From Neoechinorhynchus agilis (lineage: Eukaryota > Animalia > Acanthocephala): a DNA stretch of 64,000 nucleotides. The notes beneath the pieces were generated by a model that did no database searches, was not told where the DNA came from, and saw only the letters and a program-made list of their open reading frames with translations. The DNA lies in contig CM121342.1 of the NCBI GenBank assembly GCA_051530055.1, positions 14,957,480-15,021,479 of the forward strand, read 5' to 3'. This document shows, piece by piece, positions 1 to 10,879 of this stretch. A program made the position numbers and the translations under genes. The number at the start of each line of letters is the position of its first letter. Position 1 is the first letter of the stretch.

Positions 1-107
1 AATTTAATGATGATGAAAACAATACTGGCTTACCAGTAAAACTTTAAATAGAATACAGCGCTTACCCTGAGTCGAAAAACTGACTGAGTTTGACATTCCG
101 TAGTTGT

Positions 108-365
108 GTCGAGGTGATCAAGTGGACTAATGCTTTTGATCCAAGTTGAGGGTCAACTGGTTCGAATGCCTCACCGCCAATGACGCACAACCAAAGAGGA
201 CGAGATACCGCTGAAGGGAGGAAACTCGCTGATGAGTCCCGCCTCCTCGGGAGGTATCTGAGAATTCGGAGGGATGTACAAACTCTTAACCGTGTATTAG
301 AGACTATGTGGTTATATCATTTCTCTGGTGCAATTTGGTTTGGCTTTATGCCTAAAAAATAAGCC
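108..365 (+). repeat. SINE-like dispersed repeat (second copy ~43160-43332)
   Basis: Body GGACGA(G/A)ATACCGCTGAAGGGAGGAAACTC..GATGAGTCCCGCCTCC..GGAGGTATCTGAG..TACAAACTC is shared with 43160-43260; both copies end in TGCCTAAAAAA. This copy has weak A-box/B-box-like motifs (TGATCAAGTGG, GGTTCGAATGCC) at ~115-172. Confidence 0.4.
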
Positions 366-430
366 AAAAGAAGGGAGAAACTAAAATTTAATTATAATAT
401 TGGTATAAAGTAATCGTATTAATGGCTTGT

Positions 431-576
431 AGCGTTCACTCGCGTTGTTCCACCATTCGTTTCGTATTCACATCCTTGTTCTTTACGCTGGTCATTAATG
501 ATTATCGAATTTGCTCAAGCGCATCAACATTGATATTTACTATGCGTATTAATTGTTTGGAGCCTTCAATCGCGTT
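431..576. repeat. ~131-bp repeat unit, related to 3335-3541
   Basis: AGCGTTCACTCGCG..CCATTCGTTTCGTA..CGAATTTGCT(C/G)AAGCGCATCAA shared with the tandem copies at 3335-3541. Confidence 0.75.
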
Positions 577-2310
577 TCTCCTCCATACACGTATACACAT
601 CTTCCAGACACGGAATGTTGTAACTATCAGCCGCCAGGAACCTGTTCAGTGTAACTTTGAAATCGCCACACTTCCGGACGACGACAATCGGTGTTGCCCA
701 TTCTACTTGTTCTTGTGCCATATCTACGGCCTCCAAGATTCCTCCATCAACAAGTCGCATAATTTCTTGCTGATGCGAAAATGGGTTCCGCTGTTCGACT
801 GAGATTCAATATGACTAGAATATTTCTGATCGGTTCCGTCTTTTGCTGGAATGATTTATCATGTAATTTCAAGCAACGGTCCAGCCCTTCATGGATTCCC
901 ACCGCTTTGATCGTATTCACATACACTTCCTGCGGAAGCCTTATGTTGAAGTGCTTACACCATGGCAGTCCAAAAAGGCACTTAGCTGTTCGATCGACAA
1001 CCGTAACTGTTGCTACCTTTTTTGTCCTTCCGATCGTGACCTGCATATCACACTCTCCCAAGCTGGAGATTTCCGATCCTCCAAAACTGATCAATTTTTT
1101 CCTTTCTTTAGTTGAGGCCTTCCAATAGCCTTCCAGACCTGATTCCAAATGATGGTGACGTCTGCACCGGTGTCAAACAACATATCGATTTTTATTCCGT
1201 TGATTCTCGTTTTGATCCACGCTTGTTGTGTCTTGTCCTGATCCATAATGTTGACGTCGAACACTTCTGATTCCTCTGAGCTCGATTGTGAATCGATTGC
1301 TCGTTGAACGCGATTAACTTTATCGCTGCGGCACCTTCTCGCGAAATGACCCAGTTTTCCGCACTTGTAACATTTGCACCCCCGCGCTCGACATTCTTGG
1401 TTCCTTCCATGACCTGTCCCGCATTTAGGGCATTTCCATTTGTTAAAAGTCCATTGTGTGTCTCGTCTACCTAGCGAATCCACCTTCCGGTTTTCATCTT
1501 CGTCGTTTCGTTTTTTGACTTCGAATATCGCTCTTTCGGCTTTTACTGTTTTGTTCGACGGCATTATTTTTATAGCTTTTGAGGTGGACTCGTATCTGAA
1601 CGCTATCTCCTGAAGGTTTTCGAAGGTCAGGTTTTCGATTTGGAGCGCCGCTCTCCGGACGGCATCGTGCGGCGTGTTTAGCACTACATGATCGCGCATC
1701 CGTTCGGATAAAGCATCAGCCTCCGTTTTTGTTTCTTCTTTATAGAATTTGCAATTTTCGCCTGCACCTTTTAACTCTGTGATCCATTCCGCATACGTTT
1801 GATCTTCTTTCATCTTTATCATACCAAATTGGAATCTAGCCGTTACTTCATGTTCGACTGCTCCCACTAGCTTCCCCATAGCCTCTACTATCTGCTCGTA
1901 GGACACATCCTTCAATTTGTCTCTTGTTAGGACTTTCGTCAATTGGCGGAACGGTTTTGCACCGATCCACGACAGCAGGCATGATTTTTTACAAGCTGAC
2001 TCCTTTACTTGGCACCACTCGAAATGTTGTTCCAACTGAAGTGTGTAATCTTTCCATTCTTCGTCCTGCTCCACATACTGGCGAAACGGCGTGATGTTAA
2101 CTTTCGCTACTTCCATCTCAGACCTTACAGATCTATCTGGCACTTCCTGATCCTCTTCATATTTGATCTGTCTGTTCGTCAACATCTCGATCGTCTTCGC
2201 TTATTGCTCCAGTATTTTCCAAATCTGTCCATCGCTGCCACCAGATGTCATGTTTTATTCGACGCAACACACACACACCAAAACAACACACGTGAACAAC
2301 CTATGTCCAC
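577..2310 (-). mobile_element. Ty3/Gypsy LTR retrotransposon remnant (gag-protease ORF 1091-2185, frameshifted pol pieces 747-1148 and 566-760, LTR stub)
   Basis: Gag zinc knuckle CYKCGKLGHFARRC, aspartic protease LFDTGADVTI, RT start GILEAVD..EWATPIVVVRK; LTR stub ends AATAAAACATGACA just before a PBS. Confidence 0.9.
2228..2243 (-). promoter_or_regulatory. Primer-binding site, tRNA-Leu type
   Basis: Minus strand TGGTGGCAGCGATGGA, 2 nt after the LTR CA end; 14/16 complementary to the tRNA-Leu 3' end CCCACCGCTGCCACCA. Confidence 0.7.
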
Positions 2311-2329
2311 ATGCACTACGTATATGATT

Positions 2330-3300
2330 CTTTCAGGGATAGCTCTTGACACCAGTCTTCTGCAAAAGATATGTAGATGATATATTCGTAATTTGGAACG
2401 GTGACGAACAGAGTGCTAACGATTTCGTGGAACATCTCAACCGCCAACATTATCGAATCAAATTCACTATGAATAGGTCCGATGAAAATGGAAGGTTGCC
2501 GTTTCTAGATGTGTTGATTAAAAAAATAGAACATAAATTACTTCATCGGTCTATAGAAAGTCAACTGAAACAATTAATTATATACTGTGGAACAATGCCC
2601 ATAACAGGAGAACAAAAGTTGGTATATTCAAAGGCTTTCTGCATCGTGCCTATAACATCTGCAGGGCGGAGTACCTCAATGATGAGATCCACAATTTTCA
2701 GCAAGTTGGGGATCCTAAAGATGTTCTTACTTCAGCGCGAGAGCAAGTGTTGGCGCAACAAAATTTCAAGGATTGTGAAGAACAGCGGTCTGCCGATAAA
2801 ATGCCAATTTTATTTTCAACCTTCTGTGCTGATAGGAAACCTCATTTCTCGGAAATAGTCTACAAAGTTGCTTGTAGTCACTGCAACAGCAATTACATCG
2901 GACAAATAGGCCGGAATCTGAAGACGTGATTGGCAGAACATAAACGGCCCAAGACTCAGAATATGGTTGCGTCGAATATTGCACTACACGAGGTGCAAAC
3001 TGGCCAGTGGTCAATTTCGACAAAACAATGGTTTTAGCAAGTGAACGCAATAATTTTCGACGCTTAATTAAGGAAGCCTTCTTAAAACAGAAACCGGATA
3101 TGAATGACCAACGAGGATACAAACTCTGTCTTCATAGTCAACCGAAATGAAACAACACAATCAACCATAAGCGTGCGTAAGAGCGAAAAATTAGTCATCC
3201 ACTTGTATTTTAGAACTGATGATGAACCCAACGAGGCTCGAAACGTCTTTAATAAATAATCATTTACTGGGTGTAGACCTAAACAATAAATCCAATCACA
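2330..3300 (+). mobile_element. Penelope-like element, 3' part (RT C-terminus, GIY-YIG endonuclease, pLTR tail), frameshifted
   Basis: RYVDDIFVIW..EHLNRQHYRIKFTM..GRLPFLDVLI; VYKVACSHCNSNYIGQIGRNLKT; tail with hammerhead core. Confidence 0.9.
3211..3252 (+). ncRNA. Minimal type I hammerhead ribozyme motif in the PLE tail (slightly degenerate)
   Basis: CTGATGA-T-GAACC-CAACGA-GGCTC-GAAAC-GTC-TTT; stem II has one mismatch and stem I is weak. Confidence 0.6.
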
Positions 3301-3334
3301 TTCTCCGGTACCTCATATATCGACATGCATGGCT

Positions 3335-3541
3335 GTTTCGAATTTGCTGAAGCGCATCAATATTGGTATTTAGTAAGCGAATCAATGGGTTGGAGCGTTC
3401 ACTCGCGCTGTTCGACCATTCGTTTCGTATGCATTTTCTTGTTCTTTTAAGTACTCACTGATGTTCATCGAATTTTGTCAAGCGCGTCAATATTGGCATT
3501 TAGTAAGCGTAATAATGGTTTGGAGCGTTCACTCGCGTTGC
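3335..3541. repeat. ~1.6 tandem copies of the ~131-bp unit
   Basis: GAATTT..AAGCGC.TCAATATTGG.ATTTAGTAAGCG..TGG.TTGGAGCGTTCACTCGCG occurs twice, ~130 nt apart. Confidence 0.8.
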
Positions 3542-4077
3542 TATGAGGACCCTCATTGATTTTCTAATCAACCAAAGGGATAATCGTTGGGATTTATAAC
3601 CTCAGACAATAAGACAGTACCAGAAGTACAAGGGTCCTATTCTCTGTTATTTAACAAATAAACGTGTTATTATATTCATCGGTGAACTTTCAGACTAACA
3701 ACACACAGAGAATTTTTACCTTTTGCCAAGCTTGAAACATAATTGGAGAAGAATAGTTGACGAACAGGCAAAACGAAAGTGTAAATCGAATTACAACGAT
3801 TTCAACGCTACACAAAAGCATTGCACGTCTTAAGCTACGTACCCCGAATTCTCCGTTTGTTTCCTTTGTCCAAAAAAATCCCTGATGGCCGACTGACTTT
3901 ACCTAACACTGACGATAAAATTATAATTCGCTATCTATATAATAGCACCGCAAATAATCTTTGGCATTAGAAATAATTAAGAATTTTAAAATAGCATGAA
4001 GGTAGTACTTTTGTAATCAGTGAAAGTGGTTGCTTGTCATGTCGTATTTCAAAGAAAACAATGTACACCGTGAGAAT

Positions 4078-6673
4078 TTATTCTTCTTTTCGTCTTTTAA
4101 GAAGTTCCACAAACAGTTTCGCCTTTCGTCTTCGTTCTTTTTGCTTCTTTAATCGCTCATCACAGGAAGCTTCAATTTCCAAATCCAGCTCTATGCCGTC
4201 ATTACTAGGCTGAAAGGGGTTTGAAAGAGGACTTGCACCATTTTGTAGTTTTCGCTTTGACGGATTTATTGTGAATTTGACTTGACTTTTCTGCATTGCA
4301 TCCTTCAAATTTTCCTGAATATACTATTTGGAGAACGCCTTTTACGTAAAAACCTTACCTCAGCCATTTGTTTCTTCATCACATAATATGGATTGTAAAT
4401 ATTTGTAGGATTCAGAAAATCGAATCTGCGATCAACCGATTGCATTGAAGCGATTTCTTCAAAGGAAGATCCTTTTCTAGCTACACAGTCAGCCAACTTA
4501 TCTAATACTTCAAGTACATCCGGAGGAGGCGGAATAATTTGTCTTGGAATCGGGGAAGTAGGGCAATTTTTCTTTGAGTTTTCATGAATTCGCCTGTTGA
4601 TTTCTCCAACGCTCTGAACCAAACGGGAATAGGGAGTTTCTACCGATATCAACTGATCCGTTTGATTCGAAGATGTCGACGGCGGCTGCACCTGTGACCT
4701 CGTCAGAATTGGATGTAGATATCCTTCGTTATCAGAATCATCTGACTCATCGTTTGGTCCGGTAACACATTCACTTACCTCTTGTCCTTTTGAATTAACT
4801 TTCAGATCCTTGGTCGATAATATCCAGCCCTCAGATAGGGCTCGCTTCATGTGTTGGTAGTAAGGAAAGAGAGCATGATCATATTTTAGAAAATCGAATT
4901 GTTCATTCTTGGCCTGTTTCGTCTTCACCAATATCTCCATTTGAGTGCCATGTTCAGTCACATATCGAGCGGTACACTCTATTATAGCAGCTCTGGAAAA
5001 CGATTAAAGTAATACATAGCGATTGGTATACAAAAAATTAAGAGCTGCTTATTAATTACTGTTTTAAGAGAAATAAATGGTTCTAATCCGATGGTTTTGC
5101 AGAGATGCCTTAAAGCGTGCTGTCGTTTTGTTGAGGGTTTAACAATCTTGTAAGGAAGACGAAGGCAATCTATTTCTTCATAAGGTTCCTCAACTACGGG
5201 TTTCTCATCTTTCAAATCAGGTAGTTCCTCAGTCCGATCTGGAAGCGGATCTGAGAAATTAAAGAAGACTTTCCAAAAGGAAATGTACGACAAATACCTC
5301 TTGGCATCTCGTCAAAGCCCAAAGCATTAAGGCTTGTTTGTGCTATGGACCTCTTATTTCCATCGACCTTCCATAAATGGTGACGAATATCAAACCTAAA
5401 GCGATTAATGTTTAAGACAACACAATAGGAAAAGTATTGATCAAAGGATCGACTAAAGCTCACTATCCGTCTTTTAATACCTTCAAGGTGAACATCTAGT
5501 TTTGTAGAAAAGTTATTAGGTTGGAAATTGATGACCGAACACTCGTGATAGAATTGTGGTGAATATACTACCGGTTTAAACGTACTTTATTTCTACGAAA
5601 TATTTCGAGGGGAATTCTTGCTTCGACGGTCATTGCTTAAGTTTGAAGATTGAATTGTTCATGTTTTTACATGGCGGAAAAATTAATAGAATTCTTTATA
5701 TCATAGGAAATTGTCATCAGGGTGAATTTGATTCGAGTTTTGTGATGTGGGACAAACGATGCAAGGATTGTCCAAAAGAATATCGCAACACAAACAGGCG
5801 TGCAGGGGGTTTGACGGTTCCTCAGCGATCTCCAATCATCCGGAGAAGGAAAAACATCGTATGGACTTCGGACGAGCATAAACAATACAGCCTGAGGCTA
5901 ATTTACGGAGGAGATTTGTAATAGAGGCAATAAACATCACAGGGAATGTAACCATGGAGGGTAAAAAAAGCGAATCACACGCTAGTACTTCCAAAAATTC
6001 AGGAAAAAACAAAATCAAAAAGTTAAAACGCCGCAGCTGGCACGTAGGTAATACACACGGCGCTTGGCGAACCCGCGGATCTACGCCTACAGTCCAATTC
6101 TGACTTTAGCTTAATTTGTAGATATAACTGAAGAGGTAAGCAAAAAGGTTACGAATATTTTGAATAAATGATGAACAGCAACAACAATCCGGAGGAAAAA
6201 CATCACCAAACTCGAATTAAAAGAATTCAATGATTCCGATATTTCGGAAGTATAATCCTGTACCTTCATCAAAGTTGCTTGTAACACGAGCTGGCACATT
6301 TAAAAACATACAAGTAAAAGATTGTGCCTCCGAAATATCGGAATTAATAAATTCTTTTAAATTTTCCGTCATGTGTCGCACATTAAAAAATACTTTTTAA
6401 CCGACAGAATATTCACGACAGTGTTGACTTAATCATTTCGAAGAATTTTCTCTCGATGATTGACTCGTGATAGCTTCGTATTTCTGCTGAATGGACTCAC
6501 CTGTCAATTAGCGTTTGACTTTGTGTTCCATTAAGACAAAACTGGTGGCTGATCAACAAGAGTTCTCCGTCACTGCATTCCGATCGTTCGAATAACTTGC
6601 ACTGATATCCGAACACGCAAAGGTTGTCTTTTTTAGGTTCCATATTTCCAGACTCTTTTGAAGTGTTGAGCAT
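4078..6673 (-). CDS. SFSWAP: Splicing factor suppressor of white-apricot homolog; exons 6673-6501, 5395-5298, 5250-5111, 4982-4359, 4314-4078
   Basis: N-terminal LCVFGYQCKLF..LIDR|FDIRHHL; SURP1 PSTKRQHAL|IECTARYVTEHGTQMEILVKTKQAKNEQFDFLKYDHALFPYY (human PPTAKMHAIIERTASFV..QFDFLRFDHYLNPYY); SURP2 VLDKLADCVARKG..FDFLNPTNIYNPYY. Introns 1, 2 and 4 are GT-AG (1105, 47, 44 nt); intron 3 is non-canonical. Confidence 0.9.
4983..5110 (-). other. Putative non-canonical TIR-bounded intron (AG..TA), 128 nt
   Basis: TTA|AGGCATCTCTGCAAAACCAT...ATCGTTTTCCAGAGCTGCTA-TA|ATA GAG; inverted repeat 15/20; removal restores SURP1. Confidence 0.75.
5668..6375. mobile_element. MITE family B arms inside SFSWAP intron 1 (inner hairpin ~6215-6365)
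   Basis: ATGGCGGAAAA..AGAATT at 5670, TTAAAAGAATT..TTCCGATATTTCGG at 6216, inverse CCGAAATATCGGAATTAATAAATTCTTTTAAATTTTCCGTCAT at 6330-6373. Confidence 0.65.
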
Positions 6674-7428
6674 TTGAGCAACCTACACGAATCGAGCATT
6701 GAGTCTAAGTAAGTGAGCGTAGCGATCGATAAAAAACCTAATCAGGAACCCTGAAATCATCTTTGAAAAGGATTACAACGCAATTTGCGAGGCTGAGAAG
6801 AAAGTATAATCGACAACACGAGTGCTCGACTTTGAGTGTTCAAGCTACTTTTTTCGCAGCAAATGTGTTTCCGGAAGAATCTATAAGTAAGCGTAGATAT
6901 ACCTTTAAACATATACTTTATTTGGTGATAGAGATCGATTGATTAGTTTCCTTTCAAAATATTTATCCCATCTCGTAGGAATTCTTTAGGTTACTTGTAA
7001 GTTATTTCAACTGAGTTGAAAAAAGTAACCTGAAGAAGGTGGATTAAATATTGTGAAAGAAAACTAATCAATTGATCTCTATTTTCTCAATCACCAAAGA
7101 ATTGTCTAGAAATGGATTTAGAGGTCCGTGTGTGAAGAGCTCTTTGTTCAAAAATTGACGATTTCGTGCATCTTGACTCCTTAGATTGCGTAGGGTTTGT
7201 AAATGTTTCTATTTCGCAACCCAAAAATCTCAAACTAAAGGCTGAGCATCCTTTGTTTTAAGAAAAATGATATAGTTTCGGAATTCTCTAATGTGAAAAC
7301 GTAGTTGTTTGAACCGTCATTTTTAAGCTTTTTTTGGAACATAGGCGAGGGTGAAGCGTATCAGATCGAGGTCTGAGAGGTCAAATATCAGGGGTTTTTG
7401 ATTTTTTTATAGATTATTTTCGATTCAA

Positions 7429-8825
7429 ATGTCACCTGCAAATGAAAAAAAAGAAATGGCTCTGCTTCCTGCGAAGGCTACTTCTGACCTTAAAGAAACA
7501 GATAAATCGCAAGATTTGAACATTGACGATTTGTTCGCTATGGACCCCATTATTGCAGTGCATAGAGCAATACGAATACTTGGACAAGATACGGCGCAAG
7601 TGGTCTCCTTAGAAGACAAATTGGAGATTCTCTTGATCTTGAATGAATACCTGGAGGATACGAAGTTGGCACGTGAATTCATTAGATTGGCACGGCATGG
7701 TATTGTGTGGAGTTTACTAGAAGCAAAAATTGCTGAAAAGATAAATTCTAAATGCTAATCTAGAATATAAAAGGCGCTAATTGAATACTCAGGGAAATGT
7801 CTTTTTAAAGATTATTTTAAGATGAAAAATGAAATGTAGCCTGAATTACACTTTCGGTGAGAATAATCCCGGTCATTACATATTTTATTTATTCGAAATA
7901 TTTCGCGAGGTATCATCGCCTCTTCAGTCATTGTTTCGCAAGTGACGCTGAAGTGAAAAACTTGCGAAACAATAACTGAAGAGGCGAGGATACCTCGAGA
8001 AATATTTCGAATAAATAAAATATATAATGACCGGGATTATTCTCACCGAAAGTGTAATTTTATTATCCCGGAGGACTTTCTATCGATGGTTAAGCAGTAA
8101 TAGCCAGAATGTTACAATATTGATTGGGTTGATTTTCAAACCTCGCAAATAACCATTCTTTTTAAACAATTTTTGCCAAAACCAAGGACCAGGATGAGAA
8201 GGTAAAGGTTCTTGCTTGCCTTCTTATTATTTCCGTATCGCAAAACTGCCCGGAAGGTCAAGAGATGTTCTTGCGATCAAAAGAAAGTCACAAAACTGAT
8301 TTTATCCATCGTTTATCTCAATTGATAAACGACCATCAGACGAGCAACGATGTTAAATCAAAGGCTCTGACAGCTCTCCGATGGCTTCTCGATCATAACG
8401 ATAACGCGATTTGTGAGTTTATGAACAACAGTGACAATGTGAGAACTGTTTGTCGTTCGGTCGATTCCAAAAGTCAAGATTTGCATTCTAAAGCAGCGAG
8501 ACTTATTTGCGTTTTGGGTTCAAAATATGCTGAAGCTTTAGTGGAAGCTGGAATGTTACCTTCTTTAGTTAATAACTATGTATCGGAACAATGGCATAGA
8601 GATAAACAAGATTTGATAGAGGCGATTGGCCTTCTCGTTGGAAATGACTTAGTAACAAATCAAGCTGCAGTTGATTATTGCTTAAAGAAAAAGGTTGCTG
8701 AGAAGATCCGGGAAACCCAGGAACGAGTACCTGATAGGGAAGCCGCACAAGAGGAATTGGAATCGGGCAATAAACTAATTGAACTACTTGAACGTAAAAA
8801 AGATTGTACTGTCACTAAAGAATAG
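7429..8825 (+). CDS. HSPBP1: HSPBP1/Fes1-like Hsp70 nucleotide-exchange factor (armadillo-like); exons 7429-7718 and 8183-8825
   Basis: KLEILLILNEYLEDTKLAREFIRL..SLL|KDQDEKVKVLACLLIISVSQNCPEGQE..VKSKALTALRWLL aligns with human ALELLADLCENMDNAADFCQL..RWRAAQLIGTCSQN..VRVKALFAISCLV. Confidence 0.7.
7719..8182 (+). other. Putative non-canonical TIR-bounded intron (AG..AC), 464 nt, containing a nested MITE
   Basis: CT|AGAAGCAAAAATTGCTGAAAAGA...TCTTTTTAAACAATTTTTGCCAAA-AC|C AAG; perfect 10-bp IR core GCAAAAATTG/CAATTTTTGC; exon-1 frame stops at 7756-7758. Confidence 0.6.
7845..8095. mobile_element. MITE family A: ~215-nt near-perfect palindrome plus one-sided tail
   Basis: AATTACACTTTCGGTGAGAATAATCCCGGTCATTA...TTGCGAAACAATAACTGAAGAGGCGA...CCGGGATTATTCTCACCGAAAGTGTAATT; related copy at 57311-57550. 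Confidence 0.9.
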
Positions 8826-9007
8826 TAGAACTGTGAGGTACAAAACGTTGAACGCAATTTTATTAACATGATTTATAAATGCACGATTTTTTGAAACAAC
8901 ACCATATCCTAGAATGAACAAATCGCGTTCATGAATAGCTAAATAGTGGCCTTTGTGCAGCGTTGTCGTAAATAAAGAACCCAAAACGAAGTTAATTGCA
9001 CATTAAC

Positions 9008-9620
9008 CAGTCAATGGTCGCAAACACTCAGTTTGGGATTCACTCCTGGTAGCGAGAATTCATAACTCTTTAATTTCATATTCTAGTGACTTAGCAAACC
9101 GAATTCGATTGAAAGCAGCCTCGACTAGAGAATCGGGTGCTTGGGTAGGTGCTGTCCCAATCACTTCTGCAAGTACAATGGAGCCATCGGAATGCAACGG
9201 TCTCGTCTGTCGGCAATCATGCGGGAGGTACCCACGGCACGCCGAAGTGAACGCAATTCTTAGTCGTTCCCTGAATACTGTGAATGTGTCCAATATCCTA
9301 GAGCCGAGCAATCTATGCCACCACGTTCATAGACACGCTGGCAGCGAGCAACATAAAATTCGCCGTTTTTTAACCGGAGGGGGAGCAGATGCCGCCGCAG
9401 AGGATCGCAAAGAGAGCAAATACCGGGACCTGGGTCGAAATCACTATTTCTTCCCCTTTGGATTCGGGGCACTCAGGTCGTTTAGTATTGATGCACACGA
9501 CCTGTTCAATCAATTGTCAAAGAGACTGAGACGATTTGCTGATCATCCGAGGGCAGAAGCATTCCTCCTGCGAAAATAAAACTGGCTCTGCACCAGGGGA
9601 AAGCTATATGCGCTCATTCG
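9008..9620 (+). mobile_element. CRE-clade non-LTR fragment (RLE end), internally deleted
   Basis: ASTRESGAWVGAVP..GLVCRQSCGRYPRHAEVNAILSRSL..EPSNLC..AAEDRKESKYRDL. Confidence 0.85.
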
Positions 9621-9959
9621 ACCATTAAACCAGGACTGCAGCATGGTGATCCAGAGTGATAGCGTGAATGATTGTCAACTCTTCTTGTAGTTGTATCGCT
9701 AAATAACGTCGTAAATAACTTGCAAGCATATCTCAGATACACATTGACATTCGCCGAACCAACTCAATTTCGCATGGCAACTTCTATAATGGCCAAATCA
9801 AAATTCTATTGTTCATTGAGCGTCAATTGCTCTGCCCAATTGTGACGACAATTAAAGTACCATTAACGCTGAAGAAAGATTGCTCATCACGTCCTTTGAT
9901 GCGCGGTTTCTGTTCTGTTAGAGCATCGCAGATCGCGCCCCTACAATCAGAATCGAACT

Positions 9960-10860
9960 CAACTACCTTCCAAAACTAAAAAACTACAAGCCAGCTCCTC
10001 CACAGTCCGATAAACCGACATTACCCATAACCTAAACCGAGACAATCGAACCCTTGCCAATTGGACTCAACTCTCCGAATCTATCCACTCCAATTCCAAC
10101 AAAAAAATCAGTAAAAACTCTCCCAACACTCCCCACTTTCTTTGATTACATCCGCCTTTCATCCTTACCCCAATCAATCGATTCCTTGCTAACCAATATT
10201 CCTAAACAATCATCGCAGCAGGCCTACAGCAACCAACAATATCTCTCAGGTATCCCCGAAATCACGGCCTTATTTAATTAAGATCTTTACAAACATTATA
10301 TTCATCACTTCAACATCGTCTTTCGACAACACTGCCGAATTCTTCGCTCTGTTTCCTTCCTTGGTCTCCTTCCAGCGCATCTCTAACAAAAACCTTAACG
10401 AATCCCGTCATCGTCTACTCAAAATCACTTTACATCCGCCAAACACCTCATCTTCCTTCGCAACCGCTTCGCACTTGTCAATTCCTCCCTACGATGCGGA
10501 ATATACCCAGAGCGCTCACTTCAAGCTTTGATATTCGTCTATGCATAACCTTCTTTTCTCCCGTTCCAATAACTTAATACTCGCTAAAACCTACCCTCAG
10601 AACTCAACTCTAAATTTTTAGACACCTCCGAAAATTCCTACCGTACGTTGGTTGAACTAAACATTAGCGCGAACTCAATAGCCGCTCAGAAACTTATCCA
10701 TCAAACGCTTCCAATAGTCAACTCTCGCAAATGCCTCCATTCCTTCCACTAACATAAGAAGTCTTCTACCTAAACTAGATCCTCGTTTGCTATTAGCCTC
10801 CCCCTCAATCTCAAGTCGCCCCTCCGATCAACCACTTCTTCCCTTCCCTATCAATCGTGT
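9960..10860 (+). mobile_element. Decayed LINE fragment, homologous to 18780-19570
   Basis: Shared blocks CATCGCAGCAGGCCTACA.CAACCAACAATATC, CTCAGGTATCCCCGAAATC and AAAACCTAC.CTCAGAACTC; the 19 kb copy continues into an APE domain. Confidence 0.6.
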
Positions 10861-10879
10861 CTCCTCTGTTCGTATCCTT

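Noticed and set aside
108-180. tRNA gene
   Set aside because: Only weak A/B-box words; acceptor and T stems do not pair. At best a SINE head.
431-3541. CRISPR-like repeat/spacer reading of the recurring units
   Set aside because: Units are ~131 nt, contiguous and diverged; no unique spacers or cas genes; eukaryotic context.
7719-8182. U12-type (AT-AC) explanation for the non-canonical introns
   Set aside because: None begins with ATATCCTT or GTATCCTT, and I saw no clear TCCTTAAC branch box.
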